Shown one piece after another: positions 17,651-27,309 of a stretch of DNA of 64,000 nt. Source of the DNA: Dehalococcoidia bacterium (GTDB lineage: Bacteria; Chloroflexota; Dehalococcoidia; UBA6926); assembly GCA_965237465.1 (NCBI GenBank), contig OZ250138.1:23137-87136 (forward strand), written 5' to 3'. The notes below the pieces were generated by a model that worked only from the letters and a program-made list of their open reading frames with translations, searched no databases and had not been told where the DNA came from. Numbering within the stretch: position 1 is the stretch's first letter; every line of letters starts with the position of its first letter. The translations under genes were made by a program, and so were the position numbers.

Positions 17651-18427
17651 GTGCGCGACATCCTCCAGGCCCTCGCGGATGGCGACGTTTCGGTCGACGA
17701 GGCGCAACGCCGACTCAACCTCTACGCCGTCCATGAGATGGAGGGGATGGCCAATCTTGATATTGGCCGCATCGCCCGGCTCGGCAAGCCTGAGATCATC
17801 CGGTGCGCCGGTAAGAGCGTCCAGCAGGCAATCGCGCTTGCCCTTCCATTCTTGAACGATCAGGGCGTCGTCGCCCTATCAGGCGCGGAACAGGCGCACG
17901 AAGACGCGCTGCTTGTCGAGCGTCCGGACGTCGACATTCGTTTTGAGGAAGCCGCGCGGATTCTCATTGCGCGGCTGCCAAGCGCCCCTGTTCCGGCACG
18001 CATAGGCAAGGCGGCAATCATGACGGCAGGCACCTCTGATCTGCCGGTGGCCATGCAAACACAGCTTATTGCAGAGATGCTTGGCGTGGAGACGATGCTT
18101 CGGGCCGACGTTGGAATCTCCGGCCTTCATCGCCTGTTTCCCGCACTGCGCGACATTGTTGAATCGGACCCGGATGTCATCGTGGTCATCGCCGGTCAAG
18201 AAGGCGGGCTCGCTCCCGTCGTCGCGGGTCTGGTTGATCTGCCCATCATCGCCGTGCCCACGTCGACTGGAACGGGTTTTGGAGGGCAGGGAATGGCCGC
18301 CCTCTCAACTATGCTTCAGTCCTGCTCCCTGGGCTTGGCCGTCGTGAACATCGATAACGGCATCGCGGCAGGCGTCATGGCCGCGACGATAGCCCGACGC
18401 GTCAAGCGCGGCGCCAACGAGGCCTAA
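17651..18427 (+). CDS. larB: LarB (pyridinium-3,5-biscarboxylic acid mononucleotide synthase, PurE-like)
   Basis: AIMTAGTSDLPVA...DVGISGLHRL...VIAGQEGGLAPVVAGLV...IAVPTSTGTGFGGQGMAALSTMLQSC...VNIDNG closely follows the LarB consensus. GTG start. Confidence 0.75.
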   Translation: MRDILQALADGDVSVDEAQRRLNLYAVHEMEGMANLDIGRIARLGKPEIIRCAGKSVQQAIALALPFLNDQGVVALSGAEQAHEDALLVERPDVDIRFEEAARILIARLPSAPVPARIGKAAIMTAGTSDLPVAMQTQLIAEMLGVETMLRADVGISGLHRLFPALRDIVESDPDVIVVIAGQEGGLAPVVAGLVDLPIIAVPTSTGTGFGGQGMAALSTMLQSCSLGLAVVNIDNGIAAGVMAATIARRVKRGANEA

Positions 18428-18480
18428 TCGGGAACCAGGTGGTCCGGCGGCAATTCGGCGCCGCGTGACCGCGTTGCCGC

Positions 18481-19278
18481 CTATTCTCCTCCGGCAACAA
18501 AGCTCAGGTCTGGCGCGACTGTCACGAACCGGTTGAGCGAATCGTTGAAGATGTCCTGCATCTCAATGTGCGGGAAGTGCCGGGCCAGCGGAATAGTGTC
18601 AAAGGATGCCTGCTGTATCCCGCCCAAGAGCCCGCCGGCCTGCTCCACCAAGGGGTCTTCCTCTCCGAAGATGATATGCGTGGGCGCCTGGATTGATGCG
18701 AGGCGAGGCATGCCGTCCCACTTGGCGGCCGCGACCAGATCCCGGATCGCCGTATCCGGGCGCTGCGCCATTCTGGCGGCGGTGAGCGCCTCGGCCGGCT
18801 GCGGCAGTGGCGGCTCTCGCAGGCCACGCGTCGCATTGCGCTCTCGATAGCCCGCCGGATCGGCCGCAAGGTCCGCTGCAGCGTCCGCGGCCCAGGGAAA
18901 CGTCACTCCCGTGCCGATCAGCGTAAGTGCCTCCACTTTGTTCGGGAATCGGTGCGCGTATTCCAGGGCAATGGCGCCGCCGAGGGCATGACCGCACAGG
19001 ATAACCGGCGCCAGGCCGAGCGTCCCGATAAAGTCATCCAGAAATGAAGCCCACTCGACAACCTCTTCCAGGGCGTCGCCGCTGGATTGTCCATGGCCCA
19101 GCAGGTCTGGCGCGATGGGAGTCTGTGACGGCGCGAAGAAGCGGAGCTGACCCTCGAAAAGTCGGTGATCAACGCCCGGCCCGTGGATAAAAAGGATGCG
19201 CGCGCCGCGCTCCGAGGAGCCAAGCTCACGAGGAGCGGCGTAGTGGATAGTATCCCCGCCAATGTTGACCTGCGGCAT
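18481..19278 (-). CDS. Alpha/beta-hydrolase-fold protein with Ala at the nucleophile-elbow position (GHALGG)
   Basis: HGPG oxyanion motif and alpha/beta fold pattern. The elbow reads VILCGHALGGAIAL, checked directly on the DNA. Confidence 0.7.
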   Translation of the reverse strand: MPQVNIGGDTIHYAAPRELGSSERGARILFIHGPGVDHRLFEGQLRFFAPSQTPIAPDLLGHGQSSGDALEEVVEWASFLDDFIGTLGLAPVILCGHALGGAIALEYAHRFPNKVEALTLIGTGVTFPWAADAAADLAADPAGYRERNATRGLREPPLPQPAEALTAARMAQRPDTAIRDLVAAAKWDGMPRLASIQAPTHIIFGEEDPLVEQAGGLLGGIQQASFDTIPLARHFPHIEMQDIFNDSLNRFVTVAPDLSFVAGGE

Positions 19279-19436
19279 GATGTATCTACTCTACATGAGC
19301 ATCCGATGCTCGACGCGGTCGCGGGCGCATGTTGCCCCTCCGCCTGCCGCTATAATTGATTCTGCGCGGGCATGTGATCAGCCCCGCGCCGATTCCAGCA
19401 ATCTGATGGTGTGAAGGGCCTGGGAGACAATTCAAC

Positions 19437-20477
19437 ATGGCGACTGCGGACGAGATCCGATTGACAAGCCTTTCGCACTGCGCCGGTTGAGCGGCAAAGC
19501 TCGGTCCTGCCGAGCTGGCGCAGGTTCTGCGCCATCTGCCGCCGGTGACAGATCCCAATCTGCTTGTCGGCATCAACACCGGCGATGATGCGGCCGTTTA
19601 TCGATTGACGGATGAGATCGCCCTGATTCAGACGGTCGACTTTTTCCCGCCTGTCGTCGATGACGCCTATGACTTTGGAGCCGTGGCGGCGGCTAATGCC
19701 CTGAGCGATGTGTACGCGATGGGCGGACACCCGATCATCGCCCTCAACATCGTCGCCTTTCCCGACGCCCTGGACAAGGAAATCCTTGGCCGCATCATTC
19801 AAGGCGGCGCGGACAAGGCGCGTGAGGCGGGAGTGTTGATTGTCGGCGGTCACACTATTGATGATCCTGAACCGAAGTACGGCTTGTCCGTCACCGGCCT
19901 TGTGCATCCTGGACATCAGGTGGCAAACGTTGGCGCGCAGGCGGGCGATTCGCTGATTCTCACCAAACCCCTCGGCAGCGGCGTGCTGACAACCGCGCAC
20001 AAGAACGGAGCGCTTGATGCGGACACCCTCGCTCGAACAGTAGCAATCATGTCCGCCCTGAATCGAGATGCGGCGGAGGCGATGATTGAGATCGGCGTCA
20101 ACGCCTGCACGGACGTAACAGGCTTCGGCTTGCTGGGCCACATGAGCAGCATGCTGGAGGGCAGCGGGGTGGGAGCGCGCATTTCCCTGGCGGACATGCC
20201 AGTCATCCCCGAGGCGTGGGACATGATTGAGCGGGGATTTGTGCCCGGCGGGACAGGCCGAAACCGCCTGTGGATTGAGGATGTAATTCAGTGGCATCCG
20301 GACGTGACAGAGGCAGGGCGCATCATGGTGATGGATGCCCAGACGTCCGGCGGACTGCTCATCTCCGTTACGGAGGAACGACGCGGCGCGCTTCTTGACG
20401 CCCTACAGTCTCGTGGTGTGCAGGGCAGTGTCATCGGATCTGTCACAGAGGACACGGAGATTCATGTCCTCCCATAG
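19437..20477 (+). CDS. selD: Selenide, water dikinase SelD with selenocysteine (in-frame TGA at 19488-19490)
   Basis: From ATG 19437 the frame reads [45 protein letters not shown], aligning with E. coli SelD IRLTQYSHGAGCGCK...DPNLLVG. The TGA sits exactly at the catalytic Cys17 position. The remaining 310 aa are canonical SelD. Confidence 0.75.
19497..19516 (+). promoter_or_regulatory. Candidate SECIS hairpin 7 nt downstream of the UGA
   Basis: AGCTCGG tcctg CCGAGCT stem-loop with G and U in the apical loop. Its position relative to the UGA is compatible with a bacterial SECIS. Confidence 0.4.
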
Positions 20478-20562
20478 CGTCAACGCCTCATGCACCTTAT
20501 CGCAACGTCTTAACTGTAGAGCGCTTCCGCCCAGGTGACCCTGGTCTACATGGAGAGTTGAT

Positions 20563-21003
20563 ATGGCCGTGCTTGAGATTGCCCAGGAATTCATTGACGG
20601 GATGATTGCCCACTCGCGGCAGGAGGACCCAAATGAGTGCTGCGGTGTCTTGCTTAGCGAGGGCGGGCAGGTTGTGGCGATCCGGCGTGTGCCCAACGCC
20701 GAGGCCAGCCCGTTCCGATACAACATGGACACGCAGGAGTTCTTCAAGGTCTATAAGGAGTCCGAGGAGAAGGGGTGGGACATGTGGGGGTTTTACCACT
20801 CCCATACGCACTCTCCGGCGTATCCGTCCCAAACTGATCGAAATCTAGCTGCATGGCCCGGCTCCTACTACCTGATCGTCTCGCTGGAGGACAAGGAGGC
20901 GCCTGTCGTCCGCGCGTACTCCATCTCAGACGACAACGTTGAGGGGCATGAGATCCGCGCAGTCGACGGCCTGCGCGCATCCCAGGAGGCCGGCGCCCCA
21001 TGA
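20563..21003 (+). CDS. JAMM/MPN+ metalloprotease of the Mec+ type
   Basis: EC...HSHTHSPAYPSQTD JAMM motif. At 146 aa with overall similarity to mycobacterial Mec+ (Rv1334-like). GGAGAG RBS. Confidence 0.75.
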   Translation: MAVLEIAQEFIDGMIAHSRQEDPNECCGVLLSEGGQVVAIRRVPNAEASPFRYNMDTQEFFKVYKESEEKGWDMWGFYHSHTHSPAYPSQTDRNLAAWPGSYYLIVSLEDKEAPVVRAYSISDDNVEGHEIRAVDGLRASQEAGAP

Positions 21004-21365
21004 GTCTCATCGCCGCAGCTATCGCTGCGGCGCTCGGCTGGATCACGCTGACTGGGACGGCCATCTGGTACTGGAACGTCGTCGTTCCCGATCTCTACGA
21101 AGGGGACTCCTCGCTCCCATTCTTCGGCGTCATGATTGGGGCGGGGCTGGCCTTCCTCGGCGTCCTGATTGGAGCGATCCGGAGAACTCAGGAGAAGGCG
21201 GACGGCCTCGCGACCATGGTTGTTGCCGCTTTTGTTCTTGTAGCGATCATATTCAGCACTCTGACGACGACAGGCGTGCTGCTGATCCCGGGATTCCTGG
21301 CATCAACTCTCGCGGCATCCCTGCCCGCAACGCGCCCGTGGCAGCGAGACTACGCCTCGCCCTAG
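21000..21365 (+). CDS. Small integral membrane protein (3-4 TM), unknown function
   Basis: Strong AGGAGG RBS. ATGA overlap with the JAMM stop. Hydrophobic helices. Confidence 0.55.
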   Translation: MSLIAAAIAAALGWITLTGTAIWYWNVVVPDLYEGDSSLPFFGVMIGAGLAFLGVLIGAIRRTQEKADGLATMVVAAFVLVAIIFSTLTTTGVLLIPGFLASTLAASLPATRPWQRDYASP

Positions 21366-21441
21366 GTGCCTAGCTTTGGAGAACTGCGCAGAGCGCCGAC
21401 CCTGGGCCGCCTAACGGCGGCAGTCGCTGCTATTGGTCGCC

Positions 21442-22326
21442 CTACTCAGAGCGCCTGGCGACAATCCATGAATCAACAACTTGCTGGAGAATTTCAAGCT
21501 CTTGCAGCTTGAGGTTACCCGCGGCCTTGAGCGCCTCGGCCAAGAGGCTCTGAGACCTCGCCTCTTGCATTGATGTGCCGGCGTCCAGGCTACCCTGCGA
21601 CTTGAACCACAACTCAATGTCGGCGTCCTCCGCCTGCTCGATGTCTTTTTCGATCATCCGCAAGAAGTGAGTCCGCATGTATTGCGTCACGCGCTCATCG
21701 TCGCCGTCCGGCGTCTGGATATACAGCACCCCGCCCTCAGAGCGCACATAGCGACTGTTAGGAGCACCGGTTGAAGCGGGCGGCGCCGGCGCCTGTGGCT
21801 GAGCGTGTGGGCTGTCTGAAATCGCCGGTTGACCGGATTGCGCATTACCCGCCGGCGAGTACCGCGGCGCCGGCGGCAAGCCACCCCCGCCCGCCTGATA
21901 ACGCGGAGGAGCGCCTAACTGGCTGCTGCTTGGCCGAGGCGGAGTCGGTGAGGATGCTTGTGGCAGCGGTGGAGGCTTTGCGCCACCGGATTGCTCCCCC
22001 GTCGGCGGCTGGTTCAATTCCTGCTCAAGCGAATCGTTTGGGTTCATCACCTGCGGCAGGTTCAGGATCTTGAGCTCCCTCGTCACCATGTCCGTCGCCG
22101 ACTCAGTCGCAAGTTTCCCGGTGACGCGCTCGCCCGTCGTGTCCTCCCGCGACCGCAGTCCGAAGAACTGCTCAACCTGCTTGTCCGTCGCCTCTTCGGG
22201 CGTGACGCCGGTCAGCCGATAGAAGTGCATTCGATTCATCCCGGCCATCACAACCTCGGCGTTGTCCAGGATGAGTCGCGCGACGCCATCCGCGTCAACA
22301 CGGAGATACTTGCTTGGCGCCGCCAT
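21442..22326 (-). CDS. Hypothetical protein with a Pro/Gln-rich low-complexity linker
   Basis: Start placed at M52 of the track ORF (ATG 22326) because the upstream part would overlap cimA. No domain recognised. Confidence 0.45.
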   Translation of the reverse strand: MAAPSKYLRVDADGVARLILDNAEVVMAGMNRMHFYRLTGVTPEEATDKQVEQFFGLRSREDTTGERVTGKLATESATDMVTRELKILNLPQVMNPNDSLEQELNQPPTGEQSGGAKPPPLPQASSPTPPRPSSSQLGAPPRYQAGGGGLPPAPRYSPAGNAQSGQPAISDSPHAQPQAPAPPASTGAPNSRYVRSEGGVLYIQTPDGDDERVTQYMRTHFLRMIEKDIEQAEDADIELWFKSQGSLDAGTSMQEARSQSLLAEALKAAGNLKLQELEILQQVVDSWIVARRSE

Positions 22327-22330
22327 GAGC

Positions 22331-23959
22331 TTAGGTCCCAGCGGAGGCTGCCTGCTCAGGCGCGCCCCAATGCATGAGCCAGTATTCGAGAGAGTCCGCC
22401 AGGGCCATCCAGGAAGCATGGATGATATTTGTGTGACTCCCGACGGTGCGCCAAACATGATCGCCGTCCGTGGATTCAATCAGGACGCGCACTGTGGCCG
22501 CCGTCGCGCTCTCCTGATTCAGGATGCGAACCTTGTAGTCCGTCAGCCGCACGACGCCGATTTGCGGGAAGCGGCTCCGCAGCGCCTTTCTCAGCGCCTC
22601 ATCAAGGGCGTTGACCGGGCCGTTGCCTTCCGCCGCCGTGTGGAACTGCTCGTCTCCAACGCGCACCTTGACGATGGCCTCGGAGAGCAGGTCCTCGCTG
22701 TCTTCCTCCACGCTGCGCGATGGACGGCGCCGCAGCGTTTCGACGACTGCCATGAAGTCCTCCAACACAAAGGCGGGGACGTAATCCGGCAGCGCTCGGC
22801 GGACCAGCATCTCAAACGATGCTTCCGCTCCTTCGAACTGGAAACCGGCCGCCTCCGCAACCTTCACCTGCTCCAGAATCGAGCGAGCAATGTCCGGCGG
22901 CACGTCCAGCCCCATTGCGTGCGTGGCCGCAAGCACGTTGCTTCTCCCCGCAAGCTCGGAAACCAGGACTCGGCGCGCGTTGCCCACTGTTTCCGGATCC
23001 ATGTGCTCGTAGCTCTTCTCGACCTTTGCGACGGCTGCGGCGTGCAGTCCGCCCTTGTGCGTGAAGGCTCGAGTCCCCACATAGGGCTGCGATGGATTCA
23101 TACCCATATTGACCAGCTCAGAGACCTCAAGGGCGATCGTGGTCAGCTTATTGAGCTGCTCATTCGTCACCACGGGAATCCCCATCTTCGTCTGCAGGCC
23201 CGGAATGATTGAGCACAGGTTTGCGTTGCCGCATCGCTCGCCGTAGCCGTTGATTGTGCCCTGCACCTGAACGATGCCGTGCTGCACGGCGGTAAGGGTG
23301 TTGGCGACAGCAAGATCGCCATCGTTGTGGACATGGATTCCTAGCGGCGTTGAGATATGCCCGCGCAACTCATCAACGACCTCGCCGAGCCGCAGCGGCA
23401 ATACCCCGCCGTTCGTGTCGCAGAGATGGATCACGTCGGCGTGGGCGTCTTCCGCTGCCTTCAAGCATTGCACCGCATAGTCCGGGTTTGCTGCGTAGCC
23501 GTCAAAGAAGTGCTCCGCGTCAAAGTGGACTTCACGGCCCAGACCCTTCAGATACTCGATGGAGTCGCAGATCATCCGGAGGTTTTCATCTAGGGTGGTT
23601 TCAAGGACTTCCGTCACATGCAGGTCCCACGTTTTGCCCACAAGCGTGATAATAGGCGCCTCAGAGTGCGCAAGCGCGAGTAAATTGGCGTCCTGCTCAG
23701 CAGTCGTGCCCGCTCGGCGGGTTGAGCCGAATGCGGCGACGCGGGCGGTATTCAGCGGCAAATCACGGACGCGCTGGAAGTACTCCTCATCCTTGGGATT
23801 CGAGAACGGCCAGCCGCCCTCAATGATGTGGATCCCCAGCTCATCAAGCTTGGTTGTAATGTCCAGCTTGTCCTTGACGGTGAGGGAGATGCCCTCCTGC
23901 TGAGCTCCGTCGCGCAAGGTGGTGTCATACAGGACTATTTGCTGCTTTTCCGTTGTCAC
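22331..23959 (-). CDS. cimA: Citramalate synthase (LeuA family with LeuA-dimer regulatory domain)
   Basis: LYDTTLRDGAQQEGISLT...HxH metal site and C-terminal LeuA_dimer region. About 542 aa, typical of CimA. GTG start at 23959 with AAGGAG RBS. Confidence 0.65.
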   Translation of the reverse strand: MTTEKQQIVLYDTTLRDGAQQEGISLTVKDKLDITTKLDELGIHIIEGGWPFSNPKDEEYFQRVRDLPLNTARVAAFGSTRRAGTTAEQDANLLALAHSEAPIITLVGKTWDLHVTEVLETTLDENLRMICDSIEYLKGLGREVHFDAEHFFDGYAANPDYAVQCLKAAEDAHADVIHLCDTNGGVLPLRLGEVVDELRGHISTPLGIHVHNDGDLAVANTLTAVQHGIVQVQGTINGYGERCGNANLCSIIPGLQTKMGIPVVTNEQLNKLTTIALEVSELVNMGMNPSQPYVGTRAFTHKGGLHAAAVAKVEKSYEHMDPETVGNARRVLVSELAGRSNVLAATHAMGLDVPPDIARSILEQVKVAEAAGFQFEGAEASFEMLVRRALPDYVPAFVLEDFMAVVETLRRRPSRSVEEDSEDLLSEAIVKVRVGDEQFHTAAEGNGPVNALDEALRKALRSRFPQIGVVRLTDYKVRILNQESATAATVRVLIESTDGDHVWRTVGSHTNIIHASWMALADSLEYWLMHWGAPEQAASAGT

Positions 23960-24005
23960 TGTGTCTCCTTGACTTGCAGTCGTGCGGCGCCCGATGTCGT
24001 ATCCG

Positions 24006-25151
24006 CTACAGCGGACGCGGAATCCGCGCCCGAGCCGGGCTCTCAATTCTCTGAATCACTGCGTCGGCCATCTCAGTGGTATTGACCATCCGTATATCGG
24101 GATCCGGCGGCGCAGAGCCGGCAAGGTCGGCCGTCCTGAACCCGGAGGCAAGCGTCGCATCAACCGCCGCCTCGACTGCCGCAGTTTCGTCCGCCAGACC
24201 AAGGGAAATGTCCAAAAGCATAGCTGCGCTGGAGATAGCGGCGAGGGGGTTGGCGATATGCTGCCCGGCGATGTCGGGAGCGGATCCGTGGATAGGCTCA
24301 TACATGCCGAAAAGACCAGCGCCTCGCCTGCGGTTGCGCCGTCTTCCTACGCTTGCAGATGGCAGCATGCCCATTGAGCCCGCGAGCACCGACGCCTCAT
24401 CCGTAAGAATATCGCCAAACATGTTCTCGGTGACAATCACGTCAAAATCAGCCGGACGCTGGATCAGCATCATGGCGCAGGCGTCCACCAGCACGTGATT
24501 GACTGCGATGTCCGGGTTTTCCTCCGCCATTTCCTGCGCCACCTCGCGCCACAGTCGCGACGACGCTAGGACGTTGGCCTTGTCGACCGACGTAAGCCGC
24601 TTGCTGCGGGAGCGAGCCAGGTCAAATCCAACCTGGAGCACGCGGCGAATCTCCTGCTCTGTGTATTTGAGCGTGTCCACCGCGCGCCGTCCCCGTGAGG
24701 TGTCCCACCTCCGCTTTGGCTCAGCAAAGTACAGCCCGCCCGTCAGCTCTCGCACCACAATCAGATCGACTTTCTCAATGATCGACATCTTGATGGGCGA
24801 TGCGCCGAGCAGATCCGGCACAACCTTGACGGGTCGCAGGTTGGCGAAGAGTCCCATGGCGCGGCGCAGACCCAAAAGGCCCGCCTCCGGCCGTGTCGAC
24901 GCTCGCGGATCGTCCCACTTGGGTCCGCCGACTGCGCCAAAGAGGATGGCGTCGGAAGCCTCAACGATCTCAAGGGTTTCCCCCGGCAATGGGTCGCCCG
25001 TTGCGTCGATCGCCGCGCCGCCCACCAGGCCCTCGTGAAAGGTGAAGGTGTGGTCGTATCGTTGGCCAATGGCCTCAAGGACGCGCGTTGCCTCATGCGC
25101 GACCTCCGGCCCAATGCCGTCACCCGGAAGCAGCGCGATCGTGTAGTCCAT
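24006..25151 (-). CDS. leuB: 3-isopropylmalate dehydrogenase
   Basis: MDYTIALLPGDGIGPEV... and NMFGDILTDEAS... consensus. Start at ATG 25151. Contains an Arg-rich insertion (GRRRNRRRGAG) before YEPIHGSAPDIAG. Confidence 0.85.
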   Translation of the reverse strand: MDYTIALLPGDGIGPEVAHEATRVLEAIGQRYDHTFTFHEGLVGGAAIDATGDPLPGETLEIVEASDAILFGAVGGPKWDDPRASTRPEAGLLGLRRAMGLFANLRPVKVVPDLLGASPIKMSIIEKVDLIVVRELTGGLYFAEPKRRWDTSRGRRAVDTLKYTEQEIRRVLQVGFDLARSRSKRLTSVDKANVLASSRLWREVAQEMAEENPDIAVNHVLVDACAMMLIQRPADFDVIVTENMFGDILTDEASVLAGSMGMLPSASVGRRRNRRRGAGLFGMYEPIHGSAPDIAGQHIANPLAAISSAAMLLDISLGLADETAAVEAAVDATLASGFRTADLAGSAPPDPDIRMVNTTEMADAVIQRIESPARARIPRPL

Positions 25152-25162
25152 GCGTGAATTCG

Positions 25163-25759
25163 CTACGCAGTCGGGACGAGGCTCGCTCGCTGCTCGTAGT
25201 TTGCGATGTCGTCCTCGTACTTCATCGTGAGGCCGATGCTGTCCAGGCCGTTCAGCAGGCAATTCTTTCGGAACGGATCGATCTCAAAGCGGGCCTCGAA
25301 CCCCTCACGATCTGACACGAGTTGATTCTCAAGGTCCACAGTCAGCTCATAGCCTGGTCGTATGCGCTCAAGAATCTGCTGGACGATTTCCTCCGGCAGC
25401 TCAACAGGCAGCAGGCCATTCTCAAAGGAGTTGTTGTAAAAGATGTCGGCAAAGCTGGAGGCGATGACGGCCTGAAAGCCGAACTGCTGGAGCGCCCACG
25501 GCGCGTGTTCACGACTTGAGCCGCTGCCAAAGTTGCGGCCTGCGACGAGGATAGTTGCCTCCCGGTAGCCGGGCTTATTGAGCACGAACTCGGGATTCTC
25601 CGCTCCGTCAGGCTTGTAGCGCCAGTCAAAGAACAGGAACGGCCCATAGCCCGTTCGCTCCACCCGCTTGAGAAACTGCTTGGGGATGATCGCGTCCGTG
25701 TCCACGTTTGCCCGCTCCAGCGGCGCCGCCGCCCCCGTATGACTGATAAACCGTTCCAT
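25163..25759 (-). CDS. leuD: 3-isopropylmalate dehydratase small subunit
   Basis: Aconitase swivel-domain consensus. Confidence 0.9.
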   Translation of the reverse strand: MERFISHTGAAAPLERANVDTDAIIPKQFLKRVERTGYGPFLFFDWRYKPDGAENPEFVLNKPGYREATILVAGRNFGSGSSREHAPWALQQFGFQAVIASSFADIFYNNSFENGLLPVELPEEIVQQILERIRPGYELTVDLENQLVSDREGFEARFEIDPFRKNCLLNGLDSIGLTMKYEDDIANYEQRASLVPTA

Positions 25760-25816
25760 TTTCCTCTTGCTCCTATCCCCGGACCTATCCTGAATTACAG
25801 TGCGCCCTGCGCAGGC

Positions 25817-27235
25817 TTACGCGCCCGGCGTCGCCATCTCCCAATCGCGAACATCGACGAAACGGCCGGCGATGGCCGCCGCCGCCGCCATTTGCGGGCT
25901 GACGAGGTGCGTGCGTCCGTCCTTGCCCTGTCGCCCCTCAAAATTCCTGTTGGATGTTGATGCGCAGCGCTCCTGCGGCAGGAGGACATCCGGGTTCATA
26001 CCGAGGCACATTGAGCAACCGGCGGCGCGCCACTCAAATCCTGCCTCCATAAAGACGGCGTCCAAACCCTCCTGCTCAGCCTGCCACTTCACGAGCGCTG
26101 AGCCGGGAACAACCATTGCGCTGACGTCCGGATGCACTGTGCGCCCCTTGACCATCTCAGCCGCCGCGCGCAAGTCAGTCAGGCGCGAATTTGTGCATGA
26201 ACCGATGAATACCCGGTCAATGGCGATATCCTTGATGGCCGTGCCAGGTTCAAGACCCATGTACGCGAGGGCGCGCTCCGCAGCCTCGCGCTTGTCCGCC
26301 GGGAGCTCTGCGGGGTCTGGCACAGCGTCGTCAATTGTGACGACCTGTTCAGGATTGGCGCCCCACGTCACGTGTGGCCGCAGCTCGCTCGCGTCGAGCT
26401 CCACAACCGTGTCATACTCCGCGTCCTCGTCGGTGGCGAGTTGCCGCCACTCCTCGACGGCCGCGTCATACGACTCGCCCTGCGGCGCGAATTTGCGTCC
26501 GCGCAGCCAGTCGAATGTCGTGTCGTCAGGCGCGATCATGCCTGCCCGAGCGCCGGCCTCAATAGACATGTTGCACACCGTCATCCGCCCCTCCATGGGG
26601 AGCGCGCGGATGGCCTCGCCGGTGTATTCAATCACGTGGCCAGCGCCTCCGGAGACGCCAATCTTGCCGATGATGCCTAGAATGATGTCCTTCGCGGTGA
26701 CGCCCGGCGCCAGCGTTCCGTTGACGCGAACCTCCATAGTCTTTGGCTTGAATTGCCGCAGCGTCTGTGTCGCCAGGACGTGCTCAACCTCAGACGTGCC
26801 GATGCCGAGGGCGAAAGCGCCGAAAGCGCCGTGCGTCGCCGTGTGGCTATCCCCGCAAACGATGACTTTGCCGGGCTGGGTGTGCCCAAGCTGCGGCCCG
26901 ATTATGTGCACGATGCCCTGATTCTCATCGTGCATGTCGTAGAACGTTATCCCGAAGTCGCGCGTATTCTGTTCCAGCGTGTCAATCTGCTGCTTTGAGA
27001 TAGGGTCCTCAATTGGCAGGGAACGGTCAGTAGTCGGGACGTTGTGATCGACCGTCGCGATGGTCAGGTCTGGTCGGCGCACCGTGCGCCCGGCCAGGCG
27101 CAGCCCCTCATAGGCCTGCGGCGAGGTCACCTCATGCACCAGATGAAGGTCTACGTACACGATCGTCGGCTCGCCCGCCTGCTCGCGGACGACGTGCGCA
27201 TCCCAGATCTTCTCGAACATCGTTCTTGGGGCCAT
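25817..27235 (-). CDS. leuC: 3-isopropylmalate dehydratase large subunit
   Basis: [16 protein letters not shown]... and aconitase-family Cys ligands. Confidence 0.9.
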   Translation of the reverse strand: MAPRTMFEKIWDAHVVREQAGEPTIVYVDLHLVHEVTSPQAYEGLRLAGRTVRRPDLTIATVDHNVPTTDRSLPIEDPISKQQIDTLEQNTRDFGITFYDMHDENQGIVHIIGPQLGHTQPGKVIVCGDSHTATHGAFGAFALGIGTSEVEHVLATQTLRQFKPKTMEVRVNGTLAPGVTAKDIILGIIGKIGVSGGAGHVIEYTGEAIRALPMEGRMTVCNMSIEAGARAGMIAPDDTTFDWLRGRKFAPQGESYDAAVEEWRQLATDEDAEYDTVVELDASELRPHVTWGANPEQVVTIDDAVPDPAELPADKREAAERALAYMGLEPGTAIKDIAIDRVFIGSCTNSRLTDLRAAAEMVKGRTVHPDVSAMVVPGSALVKWQAEQEGLDAVFMEAGFEWRAAGCSMCLGMNPDVLLPQERCASTSNRNFEGRQGKDGRTHLVSPQMAAAAAIAGRFVDVRDWEMATPGA

Positions 27236-27309
27236 TCTGATCTCCTTAGGCGCCAGTGGATTCAGGATTATTCCGCGGCGAAGGCTATTTCACTCGCATA
27301 TCCATTCGA

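Noticed and set aside
20939-21373. 144-aa alternative frame overlapping the small membrane protein
   Set aside because: No RBS and Arg-rich. The 21000 frame has a strong AGGAGG RBS and hydrophobic helices.
25800-26921. 373-aa plus-strand ORF
   Set aside because: Antisense to leuC. Ser/Ala/Arg-rich with no motifs.
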